The notes under the pieces are model-generated. The model made no database searches and was not told where the DNA came from. It worked only from the letters and a program-made list of their open reading frames with translations. A program made the translations under genes and the position numbers. From Eubacteriales bacterium (lineage in GTDB: Bacteria; Bacillota; Clostridia; Oscillospirales; CAG-272), in contig JAZTXP010000064.1 in assembly GCA_045636465.1 (NCBI GenBank), positions 354 through 64,353 on the forward strand: DNA of 64,000 nucleotides. Reading direction: 5' to 3'. Positions within the stretch are counted from its first letter, which is position 1. Each line of letters begins with the position of its first letter. Positions 21,284-31,208 of this stretch are shown piece by piece.

Positions 21284-21446
21284 TCATTTCACCTCATAAT
21301 AGATGTTTTTTTACAAATGTTACGATTTGTTCACAAATAATTAAAGATTTACTAATGTTTTAGATGGATATTATTCACGAAATTGGTGTATAATATATCT
21401 ATAACTGAATTTTTTCAAGTTTATACTAAAAACAAGGAGTCAAAGC

Positions 21447-21746
21447 ATGAGAATCACAGACATCAAGGTCAGAAAGTTTTTTGATGAAGGTCCTATGAAG
21501 GCCGTTGTTTCGGTTACTCTCGAGGACTGTCTCGCAATTCATGATATCAAGGTTATCTTCGCGAGAGAAAGATATTTCATCGTTATGCCTTCCAGAAAGA
21601 ATCCCGATGGCACCTACAGAGATATCGTTCATCCCATCAATTCTGACTTCAGAGCAGCTCTTGAAGAGGCCGTAATCGATGCATATCACGTTCAGCTTGC
21701 AGTTGCTGAGGTTGAGGATACGGCTGATGACACAGTAGTTATCTGA
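21447..21746 (+). CDS. spoVG: SpoVG
   Basis: MRITDIKVR...IHDIKVI...MPSRK...YRDIVHPINS. Confidence 0.95.
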   Translation: MRITDIKVRKFFDEGPMKAVVSVTLEDCLAIHDIKVIFARERYFIVMPSRKNPDGTYRDIVHPINSDFRAALEEAVIDAYHVQLAVAEVEDTADDTVVI

Positions 21747-22110
21747 CCTAAAGAAGGAAGCCCTAGTGTGGGCTTCTTTTTTTGTTTTTAGCGATTTTTC
21801 GTCTCGACTGAAGAAGGGAGACGAGTGTGGTCTTTTTTTGTTTTTAGTACTTTTTCGACAGAAAGCCTGAAAATGCAAATAGTGCTTTACAAATTCGACT
21901 GTTTTCAACATTTTTGGCCAAAGAGGCAAAAAAGCATTTTATGTATGTTCTTCCGGAGTAACAACTCCCAAAGCAATATAAGATTTTTATCAAAGCAGAG
22001 CATTCCCACCTAAGATTCGGATAATCCGCTTTACTCTCTTGATATTCTATTCTTTACAATTGGGTTTGGTGAATGCATGCTCTTTTTGATACATCACATA
22101 TTTTTACACT

Positions 22111-22148
22111 AAAAAACTTCCGCAAACCGAAATCTGCGGAAGTTTTTT
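22111..22148 (-). terminator. Intrinsic terminator
   Basis: AAAAAACTTCCGCA...TGCGGAAGTTTTTT. Confidence 0.8.
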
Positions 22149-22181
22149 ATTTATTTTACATTTAGATTTGCGAGTTATAAA

Positions 22182-24008
22182 TTATTGCTCGATAACCTCT
22201 GCAGCAGGAGCTTCCTCTACTACAGGAGTTTCTTCTACTACAGGAGTCTCTACTACAGGAGTCTCAACAACAGGAGCTTCCTCTACTACGGGAGTTTCCT
22301 CTACTACAGGAGCTTCTTCTACTACAGGAGTCTCTTCTACAACAGGAGCTTCCTTCTTCTCAGCTCTTCTCTTGCGAGGAGCCTCTTCCTTTGTAAGAGC
22401 CTTCTGCTCGCGAAGCATCTGCTTCTGAGCGGTCATAGCATCCTTCTGGAGAGCGAGAACCTCGATCTGCTTGCCAACAAGCTCTGCGTTAGCAGCTACG
22501 CTCTTATTGTTGTTGTTGATGATGGACTGCTGAGTACGGATGATATCCTTCTGAGCCTGCATTACGGACTTCATAGCTTCCTCAAGAGTAGCCTGAGTCT
22601 CGATTACAACTGCCTGAGTATCGATTACAGCGAGCTGGGACTCGTTAACAGCTGCCTGACGCTCAACCATTGCTCTCTGCTCTTCAGCAAGAATGATTTG
22701 ATCAGATGCAACAGCCGCCTGATCCTGGCCAACAACTCTCTGGCTAACCTGGATACCCTGCTGCTCACGGTATGTATGTCTCTGCATATCGTTGGTCTGC
22801 TTCTGGAGATCGTTAGTAGCGCTCTGCTTGGAAGCGATGTCATGATACTTCTCGCTTGCAGTAGCCATAGATTCAGCAAGCTCCTGAACCTTAGCAAGCA
22901 TAGCGGTAAGCTTATCAATAACAAACTGCTCATCCTCAAGGATCTTTTCCTCAAGAGCTGCAATCTCTTCTGCGCCGCGAGTCTTGGAAACAACAACTGT
23001 TTCGGTAACGGGTACCTGCTCTACTACGGGAGCGGGTGCGGGCTCAACAACTACAGGCTGAACAACTACGGGATCGGGAAGAACGATGGAAGCAACGTAC
23101 TCTTCAACCTTCTTCTCAAGAACAGCTGTAAACTTCTTCATTGTGTCAGCAACTGCCTTCTCAACAATGTTGGACACGTCGATGGAGACGGGTGCAACCT
23201 TAGGCTGTGGTGCCTCGGGAGCAGGCGCAGGTGCGGGAGCAGGTGCGGGCTGATTGAAGGAGGGCACAGGGAAGGGATAAGGAATGTATGAAGGAGGTGT
23301 GGGCTGCTGATATGCAGGATACTGCGGGGGATACATGGGAGGATAGAAGTTGTTGATGGAGGGCTGGTACTGCTGCTGTGTGGGAGCAGGTGCGGGTGCG
23401 GGTGCGGGCTCCTCGTACTCCTCGTACTCTTCCTCGGGCTCCTCAACTACGGGCTCCTCAACTACGGGCTCGAGCTCAACGATGGGCTCGAAGTCTAATA
23501 CGGGCTCAACTACAGGCTCCACTACAGGTGCATCTGTGGGAAGCTCAACTGTGCTGAGGAAGTTAGCAACATCTGCAAGATAGTTATCGATCTCGTTTAC
23601 GCTGCGTCTTGTCTTTTCATTGAACTTGTTGCTTTCGCGCTCGGTCTTGGGAAGTCTCTTGTCATTGCAGCCTGCAAGTGTTTCCTTGATCTCACCGTAC
23701 TTTGTGTTGATCTCGTTGATATCCTCGTCAAGCTCCTGACGAGTTTCCTTGTAGTTCTGCGCGGTAGTTACAAGCTTAGCATAAGCAACGTCTAAGTTGT
23801 TTTCAATTCTTGCGCCGATAATGGGCCAATTGCTGAATCTGTCGTAGTTTCTAGCTACCTTCTCGTGCTTCTCATAAGCCTTTTTAACATCCTTAGCCTT
23901 GTGCTTGCACTCCAGAATGCTGGTGTCAACACCCTTGCTCTTGGTCTGAACCTCGTTAAGTGCGTACTTGGCTTGCTGTCTTGCTTCAACCATTTCGTAC
24001 TTATTCAT
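22182..24008 (-). CDS. Unknown cytoplasmic scaffold-like protein: shared helical domain, Pro/Glu-rich linker, Gln-zipper coiled coil, PVVEE repeats
   Basis: ORF with GAGG RBS, its own promoter and terminator, and strong codon bias; no signal peptide. Confidence 0.85.
   Translation of the reverse strand: MNKYEMVEARQQAKYALNEVQTKSKGVDTSILECKHKAKDVKKAYEKHEKVARNYDRFSNWPIIGARIENNLDVAYAKLVTTAQNYKETRQELDEDINEINTKYGEIKETLAGCNDKRLPKTERESNKFNEKTRRSVNEIDNYLADVANFLSTVELPTDAPVVEPVVEPVLDFEPIVELEPVVEEPVVEEPEEEYEEYEEPAPAPAPAPTQQQYQPSINNFYPPMYPPQYPAYQQPTPPSYIPYPFPVPSFNQPAPAPAPAPAPEAPQPKVAPVSIDVSNIVEKAVADTMKKFTAVLEKKVEEYVASIVLPDPVVVQPVVVEPAPAPVVEQVPVTETVVVSKTRGAEEIAALEEKILEDEQFVIDKLTAMLAKVQELAESMATASEKYHDIASKQSATNDLQKQTNDMQRHTYREQQGIQVSQRVVGQDQAAVASDQIILAEEQRAMVERQAAVNESQLAVIDTQAVVIETQATLEEAMKSVMQAQKDIIRTQQSIINNNNKSVAANAELVGKQIEVLALQKDAMTAQKQMLREQKALTKEEAPRKRRAEKKEAPVVEETPVVEEAPVVEETPVVEEAPVVETPVVETPVVEETPVVEEAPAAEVIEQ
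22203..22352 (-). repeat. 18/15-bp coding tandem repeat, (A/T)PVVE(E) x8
   Basis: EAPVVEETPVVEEAPVVEETPVVEEAPVVETPVVETPVVEETPVVEEAP. Confidence 0.9.
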
Positions 24009-24073
24009 AGTTACCTCTTTCTCCGTCATTTCGGAATAAATATAAAAATTTTTAAATTTAATATTACGTAGTT

Positions 24074-24103
24074 ATTATAGCAGATTGTGTTGCAGGAAGT
24101 CAA
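24074..24103 (-). promoter_or_regulatory. Sigma-A promoter
   Basis: TTGACT-N18-TATAAT with extended TG. Confidence 0.65.
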
Positions 24104-24206
24104 TAGCTTTTACGAAAAAAATTAAAAAAATTTAAGAAATATTAACATTTTTTGATATTTTTCTGCGTTTTTCTGCTAAAAAACCGCTATAAACCGTTCT
24201 GACGGA

Positions 24207-25148
24207 TTACTTAACAGACGGAATACCTGCCTCTATGATGGGCTTGCGAATTTCCGAAAGCTTGGACTCTACGGCCTTTGCATATCTGTCCTGCTCTGCC
24301 GCTACGCGGAAAGCCGCGCGCTTACGCTTTTTAGAAAGCACCTTTTTCAGATCGTCATAGCCGTCAAAGACTCTGTCAACACAGCGGTTCATCTTAGCCG
24401 CCGCCGTATTGTATTCGGAGAGTGCCGAAAGGTACTCTTCCCTCGCCATATTGAATGCAAGCTCTCTCTTTGCGCCGGGTCTTGCATCCTGCTTTGCCTT
24501 CGCCTTAAAATAGGTCTCAGCCAGCTTTACAAGCCTCTGGGAGTAGAGCTTGCAGTGCTTTATGTGATAGGCAAGCTCCAGCTTTGCCTCGGTTATGGCG
24601 TTCTGAATATCGTGGGCATCCCACGCGCCGGAGGAGGTTTCGGAGGATAAATTATCCCCGCGCTTTTTCCAAGAGATTATTTCTCGTGTCTCGGCATTGA
24701 CCTCGGGGATCTCCATACCCGCGAGAATTTCCTCGGCCTCGTTGATCTGGAAGGTGACCTTGCGGATAAAGCTCATTCTCTTGTTAGCCACAGCGAGAGC
24801 CTCCTTGCCCTCGAGCTTCAGAGATATCTCGTACATCTCAAGATATTTTTTGTCGATAAGCTCTACCGTGGAGTTGACCTTTGTCGCCGCCTCGTTGTGA
24901 GATAATACCGCGTCGATAAGCTTTGCAATCGCGAAATCACAAACGAGTTCGTTTTTCTCGGTAGAGCGCCTACTGCATTTCTTTTCTGCTCTCTCGCACT
25001 TTTCCACAGCGCTTTTAAGCGATACCGCTACCTTCTTGTATGCGGCAAGGGCTGCGGGGAGCTTCTTTTTCTCCGCCCTTATTTCCCTTTGATATTCAGC
25101 CGCACATTTTTTGATCTCGGCTTTTTTCTCTTTTCTCAGTTCACTCAT
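24207..25148 (-). CDS. Unknown basic helical protein with two tandem copies of the shared domain
   Basis: Both halves align without gaps to the 148 and 151 aa paralogues; GAGG RBS before 25148. Confidence 0.8.
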   Translation of the reverse strand: MSELRKEKKAEIKKCAAEYQREIRAEKKKLPAALAAYKKVAVSLKSAVEKCERAEKKCSRRSTEKNELVCDFAIAKLIDAVLSHNEAATKVNSTVELIDKKYLEMYEISLKLEGKEALAVANKRMSFIRKVTFQINEAEEILAGMEIPEVNAETREIISWKKRGDNLSSETSSGAWDAHDIQNAITEAKLELAYHIKHCKLYSQRLVKLAETYFKAKAKQDARPGAKRELAFNMAREEYLSALSEYNTAAAKMNRCVDRVFDGYDDLKKVLSKKRKRAAFRVAAEQDRYAKAVESKLSEIRKPIIEAGIPSVK

Positions 25149-25259
25149 TTGATCCTCTTTCTCCGCACTGTGGCGAGGCAAAGTATTTTCTTTCTGTGGT
25201 AAAAGACCTTACCGCAAGTTAACAAAACCGCAACTAAAGTTTTCAAAATCTGCACTTTT

Positions 25260-25490
25260 CGGTGGATTTTACCATATCCAGCCTAAAGCCCCCCTACGCC
25301 TCAGCACATAAGCTCTCAGGCAGTAGGGTTATATACATAGCGCGTATAACCGCGCCTCTTCATCCGCGTTAATCGGGGTACACCGGGATCCGGAAAGCTA
25401 CCGAATGGATCTTATGAAGGCGGTATACAGCGCGCCGTGCTTTTGCGCAATGCTCTCAGGCTTGTCGGGTCCGCGTCCGCAACGGTCGGT
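25260..25490 (-). ncRNA. Candidate structured RNA (unassigned)
   Basis: GC-rich intergenic stretch; long stem 25340-25363/25414-25435 with inner hairpins; GCCTGAGAGC present twice. Confidence 0.4.
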
Positions 25491-25491
25491 T

Positions 25492-25527
25492 AAAAAAGGA
25501 GGCGACAGCTCATCGCTTATCGCCTCC
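25492..25527 (-). terminator. Intrinsic terminator after the two small paralogues
   Basis: GGAGGCGA...TCGCCTCC-TTTTTT on the minus strand. Confidence 0.8.
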
Positions 25528-25546
25528 GTATATCCCAATACCAGAA

Positions 25547-25993
25547 TTAATAGTGGGGGTAGCCTGCAAGGCTATCTTTGATCTTATTGATTGTGCGGGC
25601 AATCTTGGAGTTGTACTTGTTGAAGTCCTCAGCCTGCTTAGCTGCCTTCTCTGCATCAACAACGTTTACTGCCGCGTTAAGCTGCTCGTAAATGCCCTTG
25701 ATGGAATCGATGGTGGAGTTGATATTCTGTGTAAGATGGTTGAAGGTGTTTACGCAGGAATCGAGAGCAGCTCTCTTTTCCTTGAGGTAGTGAGCGTTAA
25801 GAACGCTACCGTCGTTCTCGAATACCTTGCTTGCCTTAACGTATGCCTTGTCAGCCTTCTTCATCTGATCTGCAACGTTCTTGTATGCCTTGAGGTTCTT
25901 GTCAAGGAACTTTTCCTGAGTGTTTCTGAGTGTGGTGAGATCGGATACTCTTGCCTTATCTACAACAGCTAATGTCTTGTTAATCTTATTCAT
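25547..25993 (-). CDS. Unknown 148 aa helical protein (paralogue)
   Basis: AGGAG RBS, strong codon bias, colinear with 26029..26484 (ARVS, KKAD.. Y.KA, NINS, VDA.KA). Confidence 0.85.
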   Translation of the reverse strand: MNKINKTLAVVDKARVSDLTTLRNTQEKFLDKNLKAYKNVADQMKKADKAYVKASKVFENDGSVLNAHYLKEKRAALDSCVNTFNHLTQNINSTIDSIKGIYEQLNAAVNVVDAEKAAKQAEDFNKYNSKIARTINKIKDSLAGYPHY

Positions 25994-26028
25994 TACTATT
26001 TCTCCTTGTAGTTTAATCCTGATAATTA

Positions 26029-26484
26029 TTACTTTTCTACAGACTTGCAGCTTCTAAGAGACTTAGCAATAGCAGCCATAGCCTTTTCGATCTTTGCGCT
26101 ATAATCGTCGTAGTCGGTTGCGTGGTAGGAAGCCTTTGTAGCATCTACAGCCTTCATGGACTCGTAGATAGCATCGTAGTTGGACTTAATGGTAACGAGC
26201 GCGGAATTGATGTTGCCAACGATGGTGTTGTAGCCAACGATGCAGTTCTCAAGATGAGCCTTTGCGTTGAGAAGAAGCTGCTGATTGGGAGCATCGTGCT
26301 TCTTTGTGAATGCTTCGTTTGCCTTGGTGTAGGTAGCGTCAGCCTTCTTAAGCTCGCGAGCAACCTTCTTGCACTCTGCAATGTTCTTCTTAACGTACTT
26401 CTGTGTGCTCTTGTTGATTGCTAAGCACTCAGATACTCTTGCGTTGTTGATGTTGAGAACGGCCTTTTCCATTTTCTGTGTCAT
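26029..26484 (-). CDS. Unknown 151 aa helical protein (paralogue)
   Basis: Colinear with 25547..25993; strong codon bias. Confidence 0.85.
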   Translation of the reverse strand: MTQKMEKAVLNINNARVSECLAINKSTQKYVKKNIAECKKVARELKKADATYTKANEAFTKKHDAPNQQLLLNAKAHLENCIVGYNTIVGNINSALVTIKSNYDAIYESMKAVDATKASYHATDYDDYSAKIEKAMAAIAKSLRSCKSVEK

Positions 26485-26870
26485 GATCGGTAATCTCTCT
26501 TTCTTCGTTTTGGGATTTTTTTATTAAATTTTTTTGTCTGATCGTATTTTTAAGCGGCAAGCTCCGCATTTTACTGAATTTTGATTGCCGGAGAACGGTA
26601 ATTATCCACCATATTCCCTCCGGATCTCTTGTGATAAATGCCGTTTTTTACTACTTAAGTTTACAAAAAACAGTATTTAATCCTTATAAAACCGTTTTTT
26701 ATCAACTCGATAAACGCTTTTTTTCTTGCTAAATGAAGCAAAAAAAGCAGATTTCGGGGATTTTTGACCAACGCTTTGCCGAAAAACGCGAAAAAATCAC
26801 ATTTTAGGGCTGAATCATGAATTTGATAAAAATCCGAGAATATGTAAAATTAAACTATTATTCACAAATG

Positions 26871-26899
26871 ATTATATCACATAATTATATAGATTTCAA
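26871..26899 (-). promoter_or_regulatory. Sigma-A promoter for the helical-protein cluster (~380 nt leader)
   Basis: TTGAAA-N17-TATAAT with extended TG. Confidence 0.55.
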
Positions 26900-27272
26900 G
26901 AGTTTTTAAAATATTTTTAAAGATTTTAGCAGTTTTTTTCTATATTTTTTTGATTTTTGGAGTTGTTTTTTGAAAGGATATCATTTTTTTCGAGATTTCT
27001 GCCTACATTTTTTCGCACATGAGGACAACGCGGCGGCAAAAACAGCGAAAAAACAAAATAAACATACTTAAATCGCAGGCAAAATCCGGGGAGACTCGCC
27101 GCGCCCCTTTTAAATATATATAATTAAATGTAGAAAATTGAATATAAATATTGAATTTCAGCATTAATTGTAAGGGGAAAATCAAACCCATACAAAGCGG
27201 AGATTATTTAAGTCGCCGTTCCGAGGCATAAAAAAACAAGCGCGGAAGGAAAACCGCGCCTGATATGTGAAT

Positions 27273-28028
27273 TTAGTTTGCTGCCTTAACGATAGCTGTG
27301 AATTTATCGGTCTTAAGAGACGCGCCGCCGATGAGGCCGCCGTCAACGTTAACCTTGGAAAGAAGCTCAGCCGCATTGCCGTCGTTCATAGAGCCGCCGT
27401 ACTGAATAGTGATCTCCTCTGCGGCAGCCTGGCCGTAAAGGGATGCGATAGTCTTACGGATAACTCCGCAGGTCTCGTCAGCCTGCTCGGGAGTAGCAGT
27501 AAGTCCTGTACCTATAGCCCAAACAGGCTCGTAAGCGTTGATAACGTTCTTAAGATCGTCTACCGAAATTCCTGCAAGATCAAGCTTTGTCTGCATAGAA
27601 ACAACCTCATCGGTAATACCTGCAAGGCGCTCGTCCTTAACCTCTCCAAGGCAAAGAATTACCTTAAGGCCTGCCGCAAGAGCAGCCTTGGTGCGAAGGT
27701 TAACGGTGTTGTCTGTCTCGCCGAAATACTGACGGCGCTCGGAGTGACCAACGATAACGTACTCTGTGCCGATCTCAGTGAGCATCTTCGCGCTGATCTC
27801 GCCGGTGAAAGCACCGCTCTCCGCATAGTGAACGTTCTCTGCTCCGATATGAATGTTGGTTCCGCGAGCAGCCTCTACCGCTGTCGCAATGTCAACGTAA
27901 GGAACGCAAAGCACGATGTCGCACTTATCCATGCCTGCTACCATAGGAGCAAGCTCGGTAATAAAAGTCTTGGTTTCAGCAGGCGTCATATTCATTTTCC
28001 AGTTGCCTGCAATTACTGTTCTTCTCAT
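27273..28028 (-). CDS. tpiA: Triosephosphate isomerase
   Basis: AGNWKMN, GHSERR, AYEPVWAIGTG, GGASL. Confidence 0.98.
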   Translation of the reverse strand: MRRTVIAGNWKMNMTPAETKTFITELAPMVAGMDKCDIVLCVPYVDIATAVEAARGTNIHIGAENVHYAESGAFTGEISAKMLTEIGTEYVIVGHSERRQYFGETDNTVNLRTKAALAAGLKVILCLGEVKDERLAGITDEVVSMQTKLDLAGISVDDLKNVINAYEPVWAIGTGLTATPEQADETCGVIRKTIASLYGQAAAEEITIQYGGSMNDGNAAELLSKVNVDGGLIGGASLKTDKFTAIVKAAN

Positions 28029-28239
28029 ATTTGTAGAACTCCAATTTCTATGTATTTGTTTTTAGTGCCTGCGAAGCTCCGCAGGCACTTTTGTTTGTTA
28101 AATCAGGGTTTTTGTAAAGTTGGGTTTGCATTTGATGCGCTTTTGTTCACAGAATAATGTTTGCCAAAGAGAGCGCATTGTGTTGCATATCATTTGAAGA
28201 TACAACATAATTTGGACTTTGTTCTGATTTGAATGCAAC

Positions 28240-28286
28240 ACCTCATCCACCGCTGAAGCGGTCCCCCTTCCCCCGCTGGGGAAGGC
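28240..28286. repeat. REP-like double hairpin
   Basis: ACCGC-tgaa-GCGGT followed by CCTTCCCC-cgct-GGGGAAGG. Confidence 0.6.
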
Positions 28287-28312
28287 ATATATTATTTGTC
28301 GAGTTGGATAAT

Positions 28313-28516
28313 GGAATTTTTGAGATAGAATTGTCGTTCTTCTCACCGAAGGCGTAGAGACCTACGTCAAGTCGCGAGAAAACGGCGAATGTAGCCAAAA
28401 ATTACTTATCCAAGGTCTCGGCAAAAGAATTTTTAGGATAGATTCGGCTTCTTCTTGCCGAAGCTGTAGAGACCTACAGCGAGCTTGCAAGAAAAGGCGG
28501 ATATATACAAAAATTA
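28313..28516 (-). repeat. Dimer of ~90-bp imperfect hairpin elements (112-bp period)
   Basis: Core GAAG(G/C)(C/T)GTAGAGACCTAC at 28348 and 28460. Confidence 0.8.
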
Positions 28517-29830
28517 TTTGTCGAGGAGGCAGGAAACGCCGGGGAGATCCTTACCCTCAAGGAATTCCAGGGATGCGCCACCGCCTGTAGAAATGTGAGT
28601 AATCTTGTCTGCGAAGCCGAGCTGCTCGCATGCTGCTGCGCTGTCGCCGCCGCCTACGATTGTGGTTGCGCTGGACTGTGCAAGAGCCTCTGCTACTGCT
28701 ATGGTACCCTTAGCAAGAGTGGGGTTCTCAAATACGCCCATGGGGCCGTTCCAAACAACTGTCTTTGCAGAGATAACTGCATCGGAGAAGAGCTTTGCAG
28801 TCTTGGGACCGATATCAAGGCCTTCCTTGTTCTCGGGAATCTTGTCGGAATCAACGTATTCAACGTCGATAGGACCGTCGATGGGATTGGGGAAGGAATC
28901 AGCAACTGCATTGTCGATAGGAAGAAGAAGGTTTACGCCGTTCTCCTTAGCCTTAGCCATCATCTCGCGGCAGTAGTCAAGCTTGGTCTCGTCAAGGAGA
29001 GAGTTACCAACGCAAAGACCGCGAGCAGCAGCGAATGTGAATGCCATACCGCCACCGATGATGAGTGTATCAACCTTTGTAAGAAGGTTATCGATAACGT
29101 TGAGCTTATCAGCAACCTTTGCGCCGCCGAGGATAGCAACGAAGGGACGCTCGGGGTTAGAAAGAGCCTTACCCATTACGGAGATCTCCTTCTCAATGAG
29201 GTAACCGCAAACTGCGGGAATGTAATCTGCAACACCTGCTGTGGAAGCGTGCGCTCTGTGAGCCGCGCCGAATGCATCGTTTACGAAGATATCAGCGTAG
29301 GAAGCAAGCTCCTTTGCAAGATCTGCGCCGTTCTTTGTCTCGCGAGCATCAAAACGTGTGTTCTCAAGAAGAACTGCCTTGCCTGCCTCGAGAGCGGCAA
29401 CCTTTGCCTTTGCATCAGGGCCGATAATGTCCTCTGCGAAGGTTACTGTGCCCTCGCCGAGAAGCTCGTTAAGTCTTGCGCAAACGGGCTTAAGAGTGAG
29501 CTTTTTCTTGTCAGCTACAAGAGCCTTTGCAAGATAATCAGCGGTAGCAGCTGCCTGCTCCTCTGCAGGAAGAGCCTCAACAGCCTTCTTTTCCTTCTTG
29601 GTAAGTCCGAAGCCCTCTGTGAGGATTGCGTGGGGCTTACCCATGTGGGAGCAAAGAATAACCTTTGCGCCATTGTTAAGAAGGTACTGGATAGTAGGAA
29701 GCGCGCTAACGATTCTCTTATCAGAGGTGATAACGCCGTCCTTCATAGGAACGTTAAAGTCGCAGCGAACAAGCACGGTTTTTCCGGATACTACTACGTC
29801 TTCAATATTCTTCTTATTGTAAGTTGCCAT
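28514..29830 (-). CDS. pgk: Phosphoglycerate kinase (with a ~40 aa insertion)
   Basis: [43 protein letters not shown]. Confidence 0.97.
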   Translation of the reverse strand: MATYNKKNIEDVVVSGKTVLVRCDFNVPMKDGVITSDKRIVSALPTIQYLLNNGAKVILCSHMGKPHAILTEGFGLTKKEKKAVEALPAEEQAAATADYLAKALVADKKKLTLKPVCARLNELLGEGTVTFAEDIIGPDAKAKVAALEAGKAVLLENTRFDARETKNGADLAKELASYADIFVNDAFGAAHRAHASTAGVADYIPAVCGYLIEKEISVMGKALSNPERPFVAILGGAKVADKLNVIDNLLTKVDTLIIGGGMAFTFAAARGLCVGNSLLDETKLDYCREMMAKAKENGVNLLLPIDNAVADSFPNPIDGPIDVEYVDSDKIPENKEGLDIGPKTAKLFSDAVISAKTVVWNGPMGVFENPTLAKGTIAVAEALAQSSATTIVGGGDSAAACEQLGFADKITHISTGGGASLEFLEGKDLPGVSCLLDK

Positions 29831-30140
29831 ATTTATATACTCCTTATGAAAATATTTTTTACCGTAATATTTTAGCACAAATATTCGTTCTCGTCAAGGG
29901 GTTTGTTAAAATATAAACAAAATATTTTCAAAATATTCCGCCACCGAGGCAGCACCTCCGAAAATCAATAGAGCTTTTATTACCGCCAAGAGATGTTCGT
30001 TAATAACAAAAACAAAAAATCCACTACCAAAGATTAGTGAATTTCTTCGGAAGTGGATTTTGTTAAAACGATACTTTTTTGATCAAAATATAGTTATTTT
30101 GAAAACATTGGTTTACTTTTTTGGTTATTTTCGCTTTCAA

Positions 30141-31208
30141 TCAGTTATTAGTAATAGTGATTACTTTATTGAAGCGATCATCGCCTTCGGGAACCGTGAA
30201 TACCAGATCGCTTTGGAATCTGATGGGAGTTATGATCGGATTATCGCCAAGATACAGCCCCGTACTTACGCTTATGATCTGCTCTTCATTGGAAATTCGC
30301 GCCATCTCGAGATCATATTCCTCCCGGGTGATCGCCCCGCTTTCAAGGGCGAGAAGCAAAAATTGATCTAAGACCGCCTTACCGGTTTCCCTATTATATT
30401 CCTCTTGTCTTACCTTCAAGAACTCGTGATCCTTGGGGAAATAGATCTTAAAGCGAATGCCGGAGGAAACGTAGCTATAAGAATATATGTCATTGTCTTG
30501 CTCTCTCCAAAGAAGCACTGCATTATCTCTACCTAAATCATCGCATACGTATCTATCCATAAGCTCTTCTACGCTGACCCCTGCCAGGTACTCGCGGTTA
30601 TAGCTGGCTACAAGCATTTCTTTTTGGCCTGAGGTGAAGCCGGCCTTACGGGTGTGGTGACCCTTGCCGTCAAAATGGTTGTAGCTGATGGGCATCTGAT
30701 GAATCATTATGCCCTGAGAGTCACATATATAGGCAATCGACCGAAGCTCGTTTACTAACCACGATGATTGATCATCCGCATACTTATGAGAGAAGGATGA
30801 TATGGAGATGGGAAAAATATTTGTGGTGTATGTAGGAGCGTTTATCCTGATCATAAATTTAGCCGTCATTTTTTCTTCGGCTCCCGTTTTGCAACAATAG
30901 TCCCTGGGATTGACATTTTCAAAAAAGATCGAGCCATCTCCTAAGATCTCATAAACAGGGGATTCTCCGAGGGAGATCACGAAGTTAATCTCCTCATCTC
31001 GCCACTGTCTTGAAATCTGCAATGAAACAGTCAGCTCGATCTCATCACCGTAGCTGTAATCTTCTTTATCGGTAGTGATGGAATAACAAAAGTCCTCCAC
31101 ATATGGCTCATAATCGGGATCATTATCATTCCAAAGATCACAGCGGAAGGTGACAGGCATAACGGTTGCGATTACAATAATGAGGGATAAAAGGCTTCTT
31201 AGCTTCAT
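30141..31208 (-). CDS. Hypothetical secreted protein, related to 52105..52728
   Basis: N-terminal hydrophobic signal; AGGAG RBS; shared YE(I)(L/V)G region. Confidence 0.7.
   Translation of the reverse strand: MKLRSLLSLIIVIATVMPVTFRCDLWNDNDPDYEPYVEDFCYSITTDKEDYSYGDEIELTVSLQISRQWRDEEINFVISLGESPVYEILGDGSIFFENVNPRDYCCKTGAEEKMTAKFMIRINAPTYTTNIFPISISSFSHKYADDQSSWLVNELRSIAYICDSQGIMIHQMPISYNHFDGKGHHTRKAGFTSGQKEMLVASYNREYLAGVSVEELMDRYVCDDLGRDNAVLLWREQDNDIYSYSYVSSGIRFKIYFPKDHEFLKVRQEEYNRETGKAVLDQFLLLALESGAITREEYDLEMARISNEEQIISVSTGLYLGDNPIITPIRFQSDLVFTVPEGDDRFNKVITITNN

Noticed and set aside
25300-25465. Tandem glycine riboswitch suggested by two CTCTCAGG motifs on the plus strand
   Set aside because: It lacks the GGAGA...CCGAAG elements and is antisense to the flanking genes.
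26485-27270. Hidden small gene or replication origin in the AT-rich gap
   Set aside because: No ORF with an RBS and no cluster of DnaA boxes; explained by the tpiA terminator, a promoter and a long leader.
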